Assembly: GCA_012522275.1 (NCBI GenBank)
Contig: JAAYKU010000182.1
Location: 1 to 60,355 of the forward strand
Source: Smithella sp.
Lineage (GTDB): Bacteria; Desulfobacterota; Syntrophia; Syntrophales; Smithellaceae
DNA length: 60,355 nucleotides
Direction of reading: 5' to 3'
Positions 40,680 to 50,847 of the stretch are shown one piece after another. Numbering within the stretch: position 1 is the first letter of the stretch; every line of letters starts with the position of its first letter. Under the pieces are notes generated by a model, which searched no databases, was not told the origin of the DNA, and saw only the letters and a program-made list of their open reading frames with translations. The translations under genes and the position numbers were made by a program.

Positions 40680-41174
40680 ATGAAAGCCGAAGACAGGGAA
40701 CTTTTGCAGGAGTTCACACCCGAACAGGTGGCCAAGCTCGACAGTATCATTGAAAAGCACAAAGGACAGGCGGGGGGACTAATCCCTGTGCTGGAAGAAG
40801 CACAGGTTTGTCTGGAATATCTGCCCTTGTCCGTGCAGAAACGCATCGCCGCCGGTTTGAATCTGCCTTTAAGTCGTATCTACGGCGTGGTCACATTTTA
40901 TTCTTTTTTCACCATGACACCGCGTGGAAAATACACGATTCGCGTCTGCCTGGGCACCGCCTGCTATGTACGCGGCGGTAAAGAATTGACGGATGCGCTG
41001 GAAAAACAGTTCGGCATCAAAGACGGGGAGACGACGGCAGACCGTTTGTTTACGCTTGAATCCGTCCGCTGCCTCGGTGCATGCGGTCTGGGTCCGGTTG
41101 TTGTCGTAAACGAGGATGTGCACGGCCGCGTCAAGCCGGCCAAGATCAAGGATGTTTTAAGTCAGTATAATTAA
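40680..41174 (+). CDS. NuoE/HydC-like [2Fe-2S] subunit
   Basis: VVTFYSFF, CLGTAC, CLGAC. Confidence 0.92.
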   Translation: MKAEDRELLQEFTPEQVAKLDSIIEKHKGQAGGLIPVLEEAQVCLEYLPLSVQKRIAAGLNLPLSRIYGVVTFYSFFTMTPRGKYTIRVCLGTACYVRGGKELTDALEKQFGIKDGETTADRLFTLESVRCLGACGLGPVVVVNEDVHGRVKPAKIKDVLSQYN

Positions 41175-41203
41175 CCTTTCAAAATATAACGGAGGATACA
41201 CCC

Positions 41204-41587
41204 ATGGCAAAATTAACGATCGATGATTTAAAAAAAATCAAAGAAAAAGTGCATAAAGAAATGGCCTTGCGCGACGGGGACCGCCGTGTCAAAGTCACCG
41301 TTCATATGGGAACCTGCGGCATCGCTTCCGGCGCCAAAGAAGTAATGGATTCACTGCTGGAAGAAATCGAATCCGCAAAAGTAAACGATGTAATCGTTAC
41401 AACATCGGGGTGTATGGGCCTTTGCAGTCGCGAACCTCTGGTCACTGTTGAAGTGGTCAACCAGGAGCCCATCAAATACGAATATGTAAATCCGAACAAA
41501 ATGAGACAGATATTCAAAAGGCACATTCTGGCCGGCGAGGTGCAGACACCTTTCGTGCTGGCCAAGGGCGCAGAGATCGTTAAATAA
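41204..41587 (+). CDS. HydD/HndB-like thioredoxin-fold [2Fe-2S] ferredoxin
   Basis: MGTCGIASGA, GCMGLCSREP. Confidence 0.88.
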   Translation: MAKLTIDDLKKIKEKVHKEMALRDGDRRVKVTVHMGTCGIASGAKEVMDSLLEEIESAKVNDVIVTTSGCMGLCSREPLVTVEVVNQEPIKYEYVNPNKMRQIFKRHILAGEVQTPFVLAKGAEIVK

Positions 41588-41642
41588 AATATGACCGGTC
41601 GCGCGTCAGAGACGCTGACGCGCATGGATCGTTAAGGAGGAT

Positions 41643-44600
41643 ATGGTATCAATGAAAATATTTCGTTCTCACTTGCTGTTGTGCGGCGGCACCGGCTGTC
41701 ACGCATCCGGCAGTCCCGGTGTAAAAAGCGCCCTTCTGGAAGAAATCGTTAAAAGAAAGCTGGCGGATGAAGTGAAGGTCGTGGAAACAGGCTGCAACGG
41801 TTTTTGCGCACTTGGCCCCATCATGGTGGTTTATCCGGAAGGCGTTATTTACATCAGTCTGAAGCCCGAGGACATGCCTGAACTGGTGGAAGAACATCTC
41901 GTCAAAGGACGCGTGGTCGAAAAATTACTTTATCGCGAACCGGGTACGGATAAAACCATCCCCACAATGCAGGACATTCCCTTCTTCGCCCATCAGGAGT
42001 TGAGGGCACTCAAAAACCGCGGTTTGATCGACCCGGAAAAAATTGAAGAATACATCGCCCGCGACGGTTATCAGGGCATGGCCAAGGCGCTCACCGAAAT
42101 GACGCCGGAGCAGGTTGTCCAGGAAATACTCGACTCCGGGCTGCGCGGCCGCGGCGGAGCGGGATTTCCGACCGGCCTGAAATGGAAATTCGCCGCCCAG
42201 TCCAAAGGTGATGTTAAATATGTGCTGTGCAACGCTGACGAAGGCGACCCGGGTGCATTCATGGACCGCTCCATACTGGAGGCGGACCCTCACTCCGTTT
42301 TGGAAGGCATGGTCATCGCCGCCAAGGCCATCGGCTCCAGCCACGGCTACATATACTGTCGCGCTGAATACCCGCTGGCCATTAATCGTTTGAATATCGC
42401 CATCACCCAGGCCAAAGAAGCAGGCCTTCTGGGCAATGACATTTTAGGCACAGGCTTCAATTTCGACCTGGAAATCTATCAGGGCGCCGGCGCCTTCGTC
42501 TGCGGCGAGGAAACAGCGCTGATGACCTCGATTGAAGGCAAGCGCGGCATGCCCCGGCCCCGTCCGCCCTTCCCCGCTGTAGCCGGCCTGTGGCAGAAGC
42601 CCAGCGTCCTCAATAACGTGGAGACACTGGCCAACGTCGGGCAGATCATCCAGCGCGGCGCCAAATGGCACGCGGCCGTCGGCACAGAGAAGAGCAAAGG
42701 CACAAAGGTTTTCGCCCTCACCGGCGACGTCAACAACGTCGGCCTGGTCGAAGTTCCCATGGGCACCACACTGGGCACGATCGTTTACGACATCGGCGGC
42801 GGAATCCCCAATGGCAAAAAATTCAAAGCCGCGCAGTTGGGCGGCCCCTCCGGCGGCTGCATCCCGGTGCAGCATCTGAACGCTTCGGTTGATTACGAAA
42901 AAGTAGCGGAACTCGGCGCTATCATGGGCTCCGGCGGACTCATCGTCATGAATGAGGACAAGTGCGCCGTCGATATGGCACGATTCTTCATGGATTTCTG
43001 TCAGGATGAATCCTGCGGCAAGTGCACCCCCTGCCGTGAAGGCACAAAGCGCATGCTCGATATACTGACGGACATCACCAAAGGAAAAGGCAAACCGGGC
43101 GACATCGAACTTCTGGAAGAAATGGCCGAAGTCATCAAAAACGCGGCCCTGTGCGGTCTGGGGCAGACAGCTCCCAATCCCGTCTTGAGCACCATCCGCT
43201 ATTTCCGTAAGGAATACGAAGATCATATTTTTGAACACCGCTGCCGTGCGACCGTCTGCTCGGCCATGTTCAAATCACCGTGCCAGCACACCTGCCCGAT
43301 CGAAATGGACATCCCCTCCTACATCGCGCTGGTGCGTGAAGGCAGGTTTGAAGACGCATACAAGATTTTGCTTCAGACCAATCCCTTCCCGTCCGTCTGC
43401 GGCCGCGTCTGCGACCACAAATGCCAGGACAAGTGCCGCCGCGCCAACATGGACGAACCGCTGGCCATTAAATTCCTGAAACGCTTCATCACCGACAATG
43501 CGCCGCGTCCGAAAACGGAGCCGGTTCCTGTTACGCGCAAGGAGAGAATCGCCGTCGTCGGCGGCGGCCCGGCCGGCCTGACCGCCGCGCGCGATCTGGC
43601 GCTTCGCGGCTACAAAGTGACGGTGTTTGAAGAGCTCAACAAAGCAGGCGGCATGCTCTACTGGGGCATTCCCTCCTACCGCCTGCCGCGCAACATTCTG
43701 CAGGGAGAAATAGACGACATCACCTCGCTGGGTGTGGAAATCCGTCTCAACACGCGCGTGGGCCGCGACATTACCTTCGAGCAGTTGGAAAAGGATTTTG
43801 ATTACTATTACTTGGCCACCGGCGCCCACAAGAGCACGAAGATGGGAGTTCCCGGCGAAGACCTGGGCAATGTTTTCGGAGGTGTCGAATTCCTGCGCGA
43901 CTTCAACAATAACGAAGATAAATGGATCAAAGGCGAAAAGTCGCTGGGCAAGAAAGTTGCGGTCATCGGCGGCGGCAATTCCGCCATCGACGCGGCCCGT
44001 GTGGCGCTGCGCCTCGGGGCGGAAGTCACCATCCTCTATCGCCGCTTGAGGGCCGATATGCCGGCAGCCGAAGAGGAAATCAAGGCGGCCGAAGATGAAG
44101 GCATCAAAATAGAATATCTGGTGGCCCCTCTGAAAATCGAAGGCGCGAAAGGAAAGGTTCAGTCCATCACCTGCCAGCGCATGCAGCTGGGCGATTTCGA
44201 CTCCAGCGGCCGCAGAAGACCTGTGCCGGTTGACGGTGCGGAATTTACCCTCAATTTGGATGCCGTCATCGCGGCCATCGGCCAGGTGCCCGATATGAGC
44301 TTCATCGACAAGAAAATCGGTGTCGAAATCAACAAGTGGGATTGCTACACAGTCAATAAAGGCTACAAGTCCCGTACCACCAATCCCAGATATTTTGCCG
44401 GTGGTGACGCCGAAACAGGTCCTGACACGGTTATTGCGGCCATCGCCGCCGGCCATCAGGCGGCCGATGATATCGACGCGGCCATCCGCGAGGCCAACGG
44501 CGAACCCGCTTATGAGAAGCCTCCCATCGAAGACATCTATGTGCCGCTGGTCATTGATGATGAAACGACGGAAACGCCGCAGGTGGCGATGCCCGAATTA

Positions 44601-44708
44601 CATCATGACGCACGCAGGGCAAATTTCGCGGAAGTTGAGCTGGGATTTTCCCGTGAGGACGCCATCAAAGAGGCATGCCGCTGCCTGCGGTGCGACGCCT
44701 CTGTTTGA
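41643..44708 (+). CDS. NuoF/HydB-like FMN-NADH subunit fused to a GltD/NfnB-like FAD oxidoreductase
   Basis: GRGGAGF, NADEGDPGAFMD, CGEET, SCGKCTPCREG; then SPCQHTCP, CGRVC, GGGPAG, GGGNSAIDAAR, YRR, CRCLRC. Confidence 0.9.
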   Translation: MVSMKIFRSHLLLCGGTGCHASGSPGVKSALLEEIVKRKLADEVKVVETGCNGFCALGPIMVVYPEGVIYISLKPEDMPELVEEHLVKGRVVEKLLYREPGTDKTIPTMQDIPFFAHQELRALKNRGLIDPEKIEEYIARDGYQGMAKALTEMTPEQVVQEILDSGLRGRGGAGFPTGLKWKFAAQSKGDVKYVLCNADEGDPGAFMDRSILEADPHSVLEGMVIAAKAIGSSHGYIYCRAEYPLAINRLNIAITQAKEAGLLGNDILGTGFNFDLEIYQGAGAFVCGEETALMTSIEGKRGMPRPRPPFPAVAGLWQKPSVLNNVETLANVGQIIQRGAKWHAAVGTEKSKGTKVFALTGDVNNVGLVEVPMGTTLGTIVYDIGGGIPNGKKFKAAQLGGPSGGCIPVQHLNASVDYEKVAELGAIMGSGGLIVMNEDKCAVDMARFFMDFCQDESCGKCTPCREGTKRMLDILTDITKGKGKPGDIELLEEMAEVIKNAALCGLGQTAPNPVLSTIRYFRKEYEDHIFEHRCRATVCSAMFKSPCQHTCPIEMDIPSYIALVREGRFEDAYKILLQTNPFPSVCGRVCDHKCQDKCRRANMDEPLAIKFLKRFITDNAPRPKTEPVPVTRKERIAVVGGGPAGLTAARDLALRGYKVTVFEELNKAGGMLYWGIPSYRLPRNILQGEIDDITSLGVEIRLNTRVGRDITFEQLEKDFDYYYLATGAHKSTKMGVPGEDLGNVFGGVEFLRDFNNNEDKWIKGEKSLGKKVAVIGGGNSAIDAARVALRLGAEVTILYRRLRADMPAAEEEIKAAEDEGIKIEYLVAPLKIEGAKGKVQSITCQRMQLGDFDSSGRRRPVPVDGAEFTLNLDAVIAAIGQVPDMSFIDKKIGVEINKWDCYTVNKGYKSRTTNPRYFAGGDAETGPDTVIAAIAAGHQAADDIDAAIREANGEPAYEKPPIEDIYVPLVIDDETTETPQVAMPELHHDARRANFAEVELGFSREDAIKEACRCLRCDASV

Positions 44709-44735
44709 TCGGCACAGCAATATACACCGGTTCCA

Positions 44736-44771
44736 TTAAAACGGGCGGCGCTCAAGCGCCGCCCGTTTTAA
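44736..44771. terminator. Bidirectional intrinsic terminator
   Basis: TTAAAACGGGCGGCGCT-CA-AGCGCCGCCCGTTTTAA between convergent operons. Confidence 0.8.
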
Positions 44772-44868
44772 TTTAAACTGTTTCCATCCCCGCCAGCGCA
44801 TCCGCCGATAACAAACAAGCCGTGCTGACAAACGCCTTGGGTTCAGTTTATCGTTCAGTTTCAGTTTT

Positions 44869-45717
44869 TTAAAGAATGCTTTTGTTTGCGCCCGCCCTTG
44901 TCCTGCGACGCTTAGGGGAAAACACAAAGGCGAGTGCAAAAAGAATCGTCGCGGCCAAAACTACAGCCGCTCCGGAAGGTATGTCAAACACATAGGATGC
45001 GGTCAGGCCGGCCAGGCACGCCAGCATGCCCGTCGCCGCTGATATCCAGAAAAAAGTTTTCAGATTGTAAGTCAGCTGCATGGCCACGGCGCCGGGCTGC
45101 ACCAGCAGGGCGAAAATCAAAAGCCCGCCTACGGTGGCGAGGTTAGAGGAAATCACCGCACCGGTAAAAAAAAGCAGGGTATAGTAAATCGCGCGCTCAG
45201 GCACGCCGCTTGCGGCGGCAAGACGGCGATTGAAGAGGACCGCCCGGATTTCCTTGAAAAACAGGACGATAAAGACTGTTAAAGCAATTGTGACAACAGC
45301 CAGTACAGCAAGATCGGCATTGGAAAGAGTCAGAAGACTCCCCCACATCAGACTCAGCGCTGAGGCTTTGCTCCGTGTGAGAATTCCCATTCCTAAAAAC
45401 GCAACCCCCATCAGAAAGGAAAACATGATACCGAGAATGTTTTCGGGCGCCATGTCCGCCCGATCGGAAAGAGGCCCCAAAACAGCCGCCGCCAGCAGGC
45501 ACAGTATGAACCCGCTTAAAAAGGGGTTGAAACCCATCAGCATCCCCAGCACCGCGCCGGCAAATGCCGCGTGCGACATGGAAACGCCGATCAGCGGCAT
45601 TCTCATCAGCACGACAAAAACGGACAGAAGGGCCGAGCCTGCTCCGCACAGTATGCAGGCGGCAAGCGCGCGCTGTATGGGCGGGCAGCTTAGTATTTCC
45701 AGGATGGACTCAACCAT
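44869..45717 (-). CDS. Metal (Zn/Mn/Co/Ni-type) ABC transporter permease
   Basis: MSHAAFAG, LMWGSLL, VGGLLIFALL (ABC-3 family); start at ATG 45717. Confidence 0.9.
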   Translation of the reverse strand: MVESILEILSCPPIQRALAACILCGAGSALLSVFVVLMRMPLIGVSMSHAAFAGAVLGMLMGFNPFLSGFILCLLAAAVLGPLSDRADMAPENILGIMFSFLMGVAFLGMGILTRSKASALSLMWGSLLTLSNADLAVLAVVTIALTVFIVLFFKEIRAVLFNRRLAAASGVPERAIYYTLLFFTGAVISSNLATVGGLLIFALLVQPGAVAMQLTYNLKTFFWISAATGMLACLAGLTASYVFDIPSGAAVVLAATILFALAFVFSPKRRRTRAGANKSIL

Positions 45718-46492
45718 AAGAAACAAACCGCCTCCCGTTGCGCTCAAATGTTTCCAGCCGATATTCAAACAGGCGGCTCAATACATCCCCTGTAAGAGCC
45801 AAAGCGGCCTCGCCGTCAAAGAACTTTCGCCCGTCTTTGAGCAAGACGGCGCGGCGCAGGCGTGCGGGAAGCATGTTGAAGTCATGAGTGACAAACAAAA
45901 TCGTCAGGGCGCGACTTTCGGAAATTTCATCGATCAGATTCAGGACTTCTTTCTGGACGGCAATATCCAGATTGGCGGTCGGTTCATCGAGCAGCAGCAG
46001 GTCTGGCTGTTGGACAATCGCACGTGCCAGCAGCACTTTTTGTCTTTCTCCGCCGGAGAGATGTCCGAAAGGACGCCCGGCCAGATGGGCGACACGCATC
46101 ATCTCCATCAGACGCAGGGCCTCCATCTGCTCGTGTTTACCCGGCTTGTTAAAAAGCCCTGTCCTGCCGACAGAGCCGGTCATCACCGCCTGGCCGGCAA
46201 GAATCGGAAATCCCGGATCGATTTGCGCCAGTTGCGGCACATAGCCGATGCTGAGCCGCGCGGCGCGTGAGCGGCGCCATGTTTGCCCTTTCCCGAAAAG
46301 ACGAAGCCCGCCTGAAAATTTTTCAAAACCGGCGATGACGTTTAAAAGAGTGGTCTTCCCCGCTCCGTTGGGGCCGATAACCCCCACAAATTCGTTTTTC
46401 TCAATCCGCAGATTTATACCGGACAGCAGAAAGTTTCCGCTCTTGCGTACCGATACGTCTTCTAAAATCAGGGCATGTTCTGTCATTTGCAC
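45710..46492 (-). CDS. Metal ABC transporter ATPase
   Basis: GPNGAGKT, IGYVPQ, LSGGERQ, LLDEPT. Confidence 0.92.
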   Translation of the reverse strand: MQMTEHALILEDVSVRKSGNFLLSGINLRIEKNEFVGVIGPNGAGKTTLLNVIAGFEKFSGGLRLFGKGQTWRRSRAARLSIGYVPQLAQIDPGFPILAGQAVMTGSVGRTGLFNKPGKHEQMEALRLMEMMRVAHLAGRPFGHLSGGERQKVLLARAIVQQPDLLLLDEPTANLDIAVQKEVLNLIDEISESRALTILFVTHDFNMLPARLRRAVLLKDGRKFFDGEAALALTGDVLSRLFEYRLETFERNGRRFVSYG

Positions 46493-47304
46493 CCCAGGGC
46501 GTTAAGCACCGCTTCAACATTATTTCGCAAAGCGGCCGGATAACCTTCTTCCGACGGATAATTGGTAAGGACAATATGCGGCCTGCCCAGCGCTTCGGCA
46601 ATTCTTATTCCCGCCTCCGGGCCGGACTGGAGATTGTCCACCACCGCCACAACGCGCTCCGCCTTGCCTGTTTTCACTAACCGGGCCGCATCTCTGGCCG
46701 ACAGAGCTTCCGGCCGTCCGTAAACCCCGGCAACACGAAAACCCATCCATGTCAGAAGTTCTTTTTGCATGGAAGAGGCCAAAACGGGCAGGCCCTCAAT
46801 GCCGGCTTTTTGCATCCTTTCCTTGAGCTTTTGCGCCTCTTCGCGAACAAGACGGGTCACCGCCTGCCTCCTGTGTTCGATTTCCTGTCCGTGTTCGGGA
46901 AAATGTCCGGCCAGTCCCTGCGCCAGACGTTCAACACCCAAAAGATAAGAATCGGGCGCCATCCAGTTACGTCCTTCACTGTCAATGAGCAATCTGCGGG
47001 CTCCCGGCTTGCCCATGAGGGTCATGCTGCGCGAATAAATGACCAGGCCGGCTTTCTGAATTTTCTCTATGTCAGAAAATTTTATGTCGTAATGGCCGGG
47101 ACACTGGCCGGGAGGGAAAATCGCCTCGACTCTGTAGCGCGCGTCGGGAAGAAGAGCACGGGCCATATCGGCTAACAGCTCATCGGATGTGATCACCGTA
47201 CAACGCTCATCGGGCGGCCCGGCGCATGCCTGGTCCGTGACAACCATGGAAAAGACCGTTGTCCAAAAAATGAAAAAAAATGTGAAGAATGCTTTTGTTT
47301 TCAT
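46483..47304 (-). CDS. Metal ABC transporter substrate-binding protein (ZnuA/cluster A-I-like)
   Basis: Signal peptide; PPGQCPGHYD in place of the usual DPH; operon context. Confidence 0.75.
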   Translation of the reverse strand: MKTKAFFTFFFIFWTTVFSMVVTDQACAGPPDERCTVITSDELLADMARALLPDARYRVEAIFPPGQCPGHYDIKFSDIEKIQKAGLVIYSRSMTLMGKPGARRLLIDSEGRNWMAPDSYLLGVERLAQGLAGHFPEHGQEIEHRRQAVTRLVREEAQKLKERMQKAGIEGLPVLASSMQKELLTWMGFRVAGVYGRPEALSARDAARLVKTGKAERVVAVVDNLQSGPEAGIRIAEALGRPHIVLTNYPSEEGYPAALRNNVEAVLNALGCK

Positions 47305-47335
47305 CAGAACAGCCGTCGGCAGCGTGCCTCTGCGC

Positions 47336-49501
47336 TTATAAGCTCTCACTCGGCGCGTCACCGTGTTTAAATTTCAACGTCAGGCCCGCAAATACCGTGA
47401 CACCGGGCATGGAGTAACCCTTATCATATTCATAATGACGGTTGAAAATATTATTGACCGCCACATAGATTTCCGATCCCTGCAGCGACAGTTTTTTACA
47501 GTCGAACGTATAACCGAGCCGGCCGTTGACCAGCACGAAATCTTTCAGCCTGTTGTCGTCGGTAAGCATGGCGAAATTGAAATTTCCGCTTCTTGTGCTG
47601 GTGGCGGCATAGACCTCCTGCAAATACTGGGCGTCCAGTCTGAATTTGATACGCTCCAGAAACAGCCAGCTGAAACCCGCCTGAGCCTGAAAGCCCGGCG
47701 TGTAGGGCATATGGTCCTGCTCAACGCCGTCGCTGCCTGTGGCTCTGGCCCTGATCCAGGTGGCCCCGGCAAATAATTCCATATCTTTCAGGGGCATAAA
47801 AGTTCCGCTGACCTCCACGCCTCTGATCTTGTAGCGGCCGATTGCGTCGTTAAATGAAACAGGTACCGGGCCGAACATATAGGCCTGGAATCTGTCTTTT
47901 CCTTTGTCCTGGAAATAAGTCAGGTTCACAGCCCCCTTTTGCGGCCAGGTATGTGACAGGCTCGCTTCATAATGATCCACGACTTCCGGTGTAATATTTT
48001 GCCAGTAAGCGGCGGCATTGGCCAGGGGCACATCCGTACGGACCATATTCATCAACACAACGGGTAACGGGTAGTTTACGCCGCGCGCGTAGTTGATATT
48101 TATATCCGTGTGCGCGTAGCCCGTTACAAGGCCCGCCTGATACGACGAGGCTGATTTAAACTCATTGTGCCTCAGATATCTGTAACCAGTGGAAGCAATG
48201 GCGTGAAGTCCGTCAGAGCTGCCAAAGAAGTGACTAACCGCCGCATAAGGGGAGAAAAGTACGGTCACGGGGAAATTCCAGGCACGCTCGGCGCGTCCGC
48301 CGTTGATTCCCGGTACGGCCAGTCCGGTGTAAGTCCGCTGACGGTTTTTCAATTCCGAAAAGTCCAGGTCCGCCCCGACAACAACTTCACCACCAGGCCG
48401 GAAAAAGAATCTTTCTTTCGCCCTCACACCGTACAGGACAATCTTCTGCCGCGACCATAGGCCGCCGCTTTCCTCTCCGTAGCGCACGCCTTTGTTGAGC
48501 TCCTGCAGCAGATCAAAATCAGTGTCATTCAAATAAGCCTTGATGTAACCGCTTGCCTTGTCATAGCGATTGTTCAAAGAAAGCGTGGTAAGAAATGTCC
48601 TCGTGTCGAAGCGCTCGGCCATGGGCCAGTTTACACGGTTGTGCGCGGCCGGCATTGTTTCCGGCATGGGGGCCACGGTCTGGCTGTCCACATAATTGGC
48701 CAGAAAACGCACATTCCAGCTTCGCGCAAGGTCATATCCCGCGTTCAGATAATAGCTGTGCTGCTGGGCGCGCGAATGGTCGCGATGACCAGCGGTGGAA
48801 CCCCAGCTCTGGACGGCATAGACATCATAAGGCCCCTTTTTCATGCCTGCCGCAAGGCTCTGGCCAAAGGTGTGAAAACTGCCGCCGCCGGCATCGACAA
48901 TCACCTCACTGCCCGCTTTGTCCATATATCTGGGTTTGACGTTTACCGAAGCGTAGCCGCTGCCGAACTCGGACGGCTGAGGGCTTTTAAATATTTCAAT
49001 GGAGCCGATTGTGGAAAGGGCGATGCCGTCCCCCATCACCTGCCCGAAAAGAGCGCCGAAACGAGGCACATCATCATATAAAATGGCGAAGTCGGATCCG
49101 GGATGGCTTGCTCCCCTGCCGCGGATATACATGCTGTGGCTCGACTGTCCACCCATCAGGTTTTTGCTTTGAAACATCACGCCCGGCACATTGCGCAGCG
49201 CCGAGAGAAAGTCCGGACTGCTTTGTTCTTTAATCTGCTCTTCGGTAACGACGTTATACTGCGTGGCGTAGCGTGTGGTAACCGGCGTTACCGGATTATG
49301 CAGCCGGCTGGTTGTCACGACAATTTCCTGAAGGCGCGCGACATCGTCATCCGTCGCCCGGTTGATGGTCCCGCCGGCAGTTTTTTGCTGCGGCTTTTCT
49401 TTTAAAGCCGGTGCATCGCTGTTTTCCGCAAACAGTGGATAAGGCAGGACAAGCAATAACAGCAGTAAAATCAGACAGCGCTTCCTACGCATTTCCAACA
49501 C
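47336..49501 (-). CDS. TonB-dependent outer-membrane receptor
   Basis: EIVVT TonB box, LRNVPGV/IRGRG plug, C-terminal VNNIFN..Y...GY.MPG. Confidence 0.88.
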   Translation of the reverse strand: MLEMRRKRCLILLLLLLVLPYPLFAENSDAPALKEKPQQKTAGGTINRATDDDVARLQEIVVTTSRLHNPVTPVTTRYATQYNVVTEEQIKEQSSPDFLSALRNVPGVMFQSKNLMGGQSSHSMYIRGRGASHPGSDFAILYDDVPRFGALFGQVMGDGIALSTIGSIEIFKSPQPSEFGSGYASVNVKPRYMDKAGSEVIVDAGGGSFHTFGQSLAAGMKKGPYDVYAVQSWGSTAGHRDHSRAQQHSYYLNAGYDLARSWNVRFLANYVDSQTVAPMPETMPAAHNRVNWPMAERFDTRTFLTTLSLNNRYDKASGYIKAYLNDTDFDLLQELNKGVRYGEESGGLWSRQKIVLYGVRAKERFFFRPGGEVVVGADLDFSELKNRQRTYTGLAVPGINGGRAERAWNFPVTVLFSPYAAVSHFFGSSDGLHAIASTGYRYLRHNEFKSASSYQAGLVTGYAHTDININYARGVNYPLPVVLMNMVRTDVPLANAAAYWQNITPEVVDHYEASLSHTWPQKGAVNLTYFQDKGKDRFQAYMFGPVPVSFNDAIGRYKIRGVEVSGTFMPLKDMELFAGATWIRARATGSDGVEQDHMPYTPGFQAQAGFSWLFLERIKFRLDAQYLQEVYAATSTRSGNFNFAMLTDDNRLKDFVLVNGRLGYTFDCKKLSLQGSEIYVAVNNIFNRHYEYDKGYSMPGVTVFAGLTLKFKHGDAPSESL

Positions 49502-49625
49502 CTTTCCCAGTGTTTTATTTCATGGTCTGCCCTAACCTACCGAAACAGACCGTCAATGATTATTTTAATCACTGTCCGGGGTGGTCACACAGACATTATC
49601 AGATTATGATTTCTTGTCCTTCTTG

Positions 49626-50384
49626 CTATTGCAGGCGGAACCTTATCGGCAGGAGCGCCCGCGTGGCCACTTTGATTCCGTCGCGGACGCCCGGTGCGTA
49701 AGTTGATTTTTTCACCGCCTCTATCGATGCTTCCGTAAATCCGTATCCGGCGGACTCGACCACTTCGACATTCAACAGCTTTCCGTTGGCGTCAATCAGA
49801 AGCTTAAGTACAACCCTGCCTTCCATCCCCAGTCTGCGCGCCTGCACCGGGTAGGCGGGCATTTCCTGATACAGGAAAAAAGGAGCGCCCGCTTCGCCGA
49901 ATCTCGCCTCGCCGACAAAGGCCGAAATCTGTCCCCCGAAGCCGTCTCCGCCTGATGCTACCTGCCGGCGCGTCTGTGTCTGTGGGGCTTGTGCCGGAAT
50001 CACTGTCGAGCCTGCATCTGCCGGAGCTTCCCCGGACTCATCGCCGTCAACATAAATAGCGGGTGGCATATCGACTTCCACGGCAGGGGACATTTTCTCT
50101 CCGGCAATGCTCTTTTCCGGCTCCTGAAAGACCGTATGCTTTATTATTTTTTTGATGGGTGAAGAATTCAACTGGGTGCGCATCGCCTCCCCGGACACGG
50201 CCTGCCGGACTCCCTCTGACGACGCGAAAGCAGGCAGAAGGGAAACAAAAATCATTTCCTTTTCCAGCGCGCCTTTTACCGGGGAAGAAATTAACAGGGC
50301 AAAAATGATCAGCCCGTGGAAGATAACGGAGAAAACGACAGCCCGGCGGCGAATGTAAAAAAAACCCGTCTGGTTTTGCTTCAT
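49626..50384 (-). CDS. tonB: Energy transducer TonB
   Basis: N-terminal SVIFH TM helix; YPVQARRLGMEGRV C-terminal domain. Confidence 0.9.
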   Translation of the reverse strand: MKQNQTGFFYIRRRAVVFSVIFHGLIIFALLISSPVKGALEKEMIFVSLLPAFASSEGVRQAVSGEAMRTQLNSSPIKKIIKHTVFQEPEKSIAGEKMSPAVEVDMPPAIYVDGDESGEAPADAGSTVIPAQAPQTQTRRQVASGGDGFGGQISAFVGEARFGEAGAPFFLYQEMPAYPVQARRLGMEGRVVLKLLIDANGKLLNVEVVESAGYGFTEASIEAVKKSTYAPGVRDGIKVATRALLPIRFRLQ

Positions 50385-50646
50385 ACTTATGCCTTACAAA
50401 TTGTGCGTACCGGTTTTCGTCATTTAATGATTGATTTAATTGAATGAGGTTTTTGAAGCCGCCCGCCCTGCCGGCCCGCCACAGGGCGGCCCGAATATAT
50501 AAAAAGCACAAAGGGCATGTCAAGTTTTTTCACGCAGACAAACAGCATCGCATGCCACAAGGCAAGGGCGGCAAGGCGCAGAACAGAAGGTTGGGTAAAT
50601 CGGAGCTTTGTAGAGCCAGTGCCTGATCAATAGTGAACCGAAACAT

Positions 50647-50692
50647 AGGAGACGGTTTCATCCGGCATTCACCGGACTAAGGAATCGTTTCT
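50647..50692. repeat. REP-like intergenic palindrome, copy 2
   Basis: ACGGTTTCATCCGGCATTCACCGGACTAA, 27/29 identical to the core of 10884-10929. Confidence 0.6.
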
Positions 50693-50847
50693 GCCAATGG
50701 GCAAAACATCCGCAGATAATGAGAATGAAGCAAAAATCAGAGCTCAGTAGTCAGATTTCGGGGGTGCCGCCCGCCTTTTGCCTTCAACCTTTCGCCTTTA
50801 TCCTTAAATCTTTGCCCGGCCAGCCGGACACGCTGAAACGTTCTTTT

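Noticed and set aside
41601-41623. Hairpin GCGCGTCAG/CTGACGCGC between the ferredoxin and nuoF-like genes as a terminator or SECIS
   Set aside because: No U-tract and no in-frame TGA in a conserved Cys position; at most an mRNA stability hairpin.
43275-46270. Long antisense ORFs such as 43275-44456 and 45230-46270
   Set aside because: They lie opposite well-supported genes and lack motifs; expected from GC-rich codon bias.
50385-50640. Cobalamin or NiCo riboswitch upstream of tonB
   Set aside because: Only a TTGACA promoter-like site and one GC-rich hairpin (CCGCCCTG/CAGGGCGG) are present; no B12 box or NiCo junction motifs.
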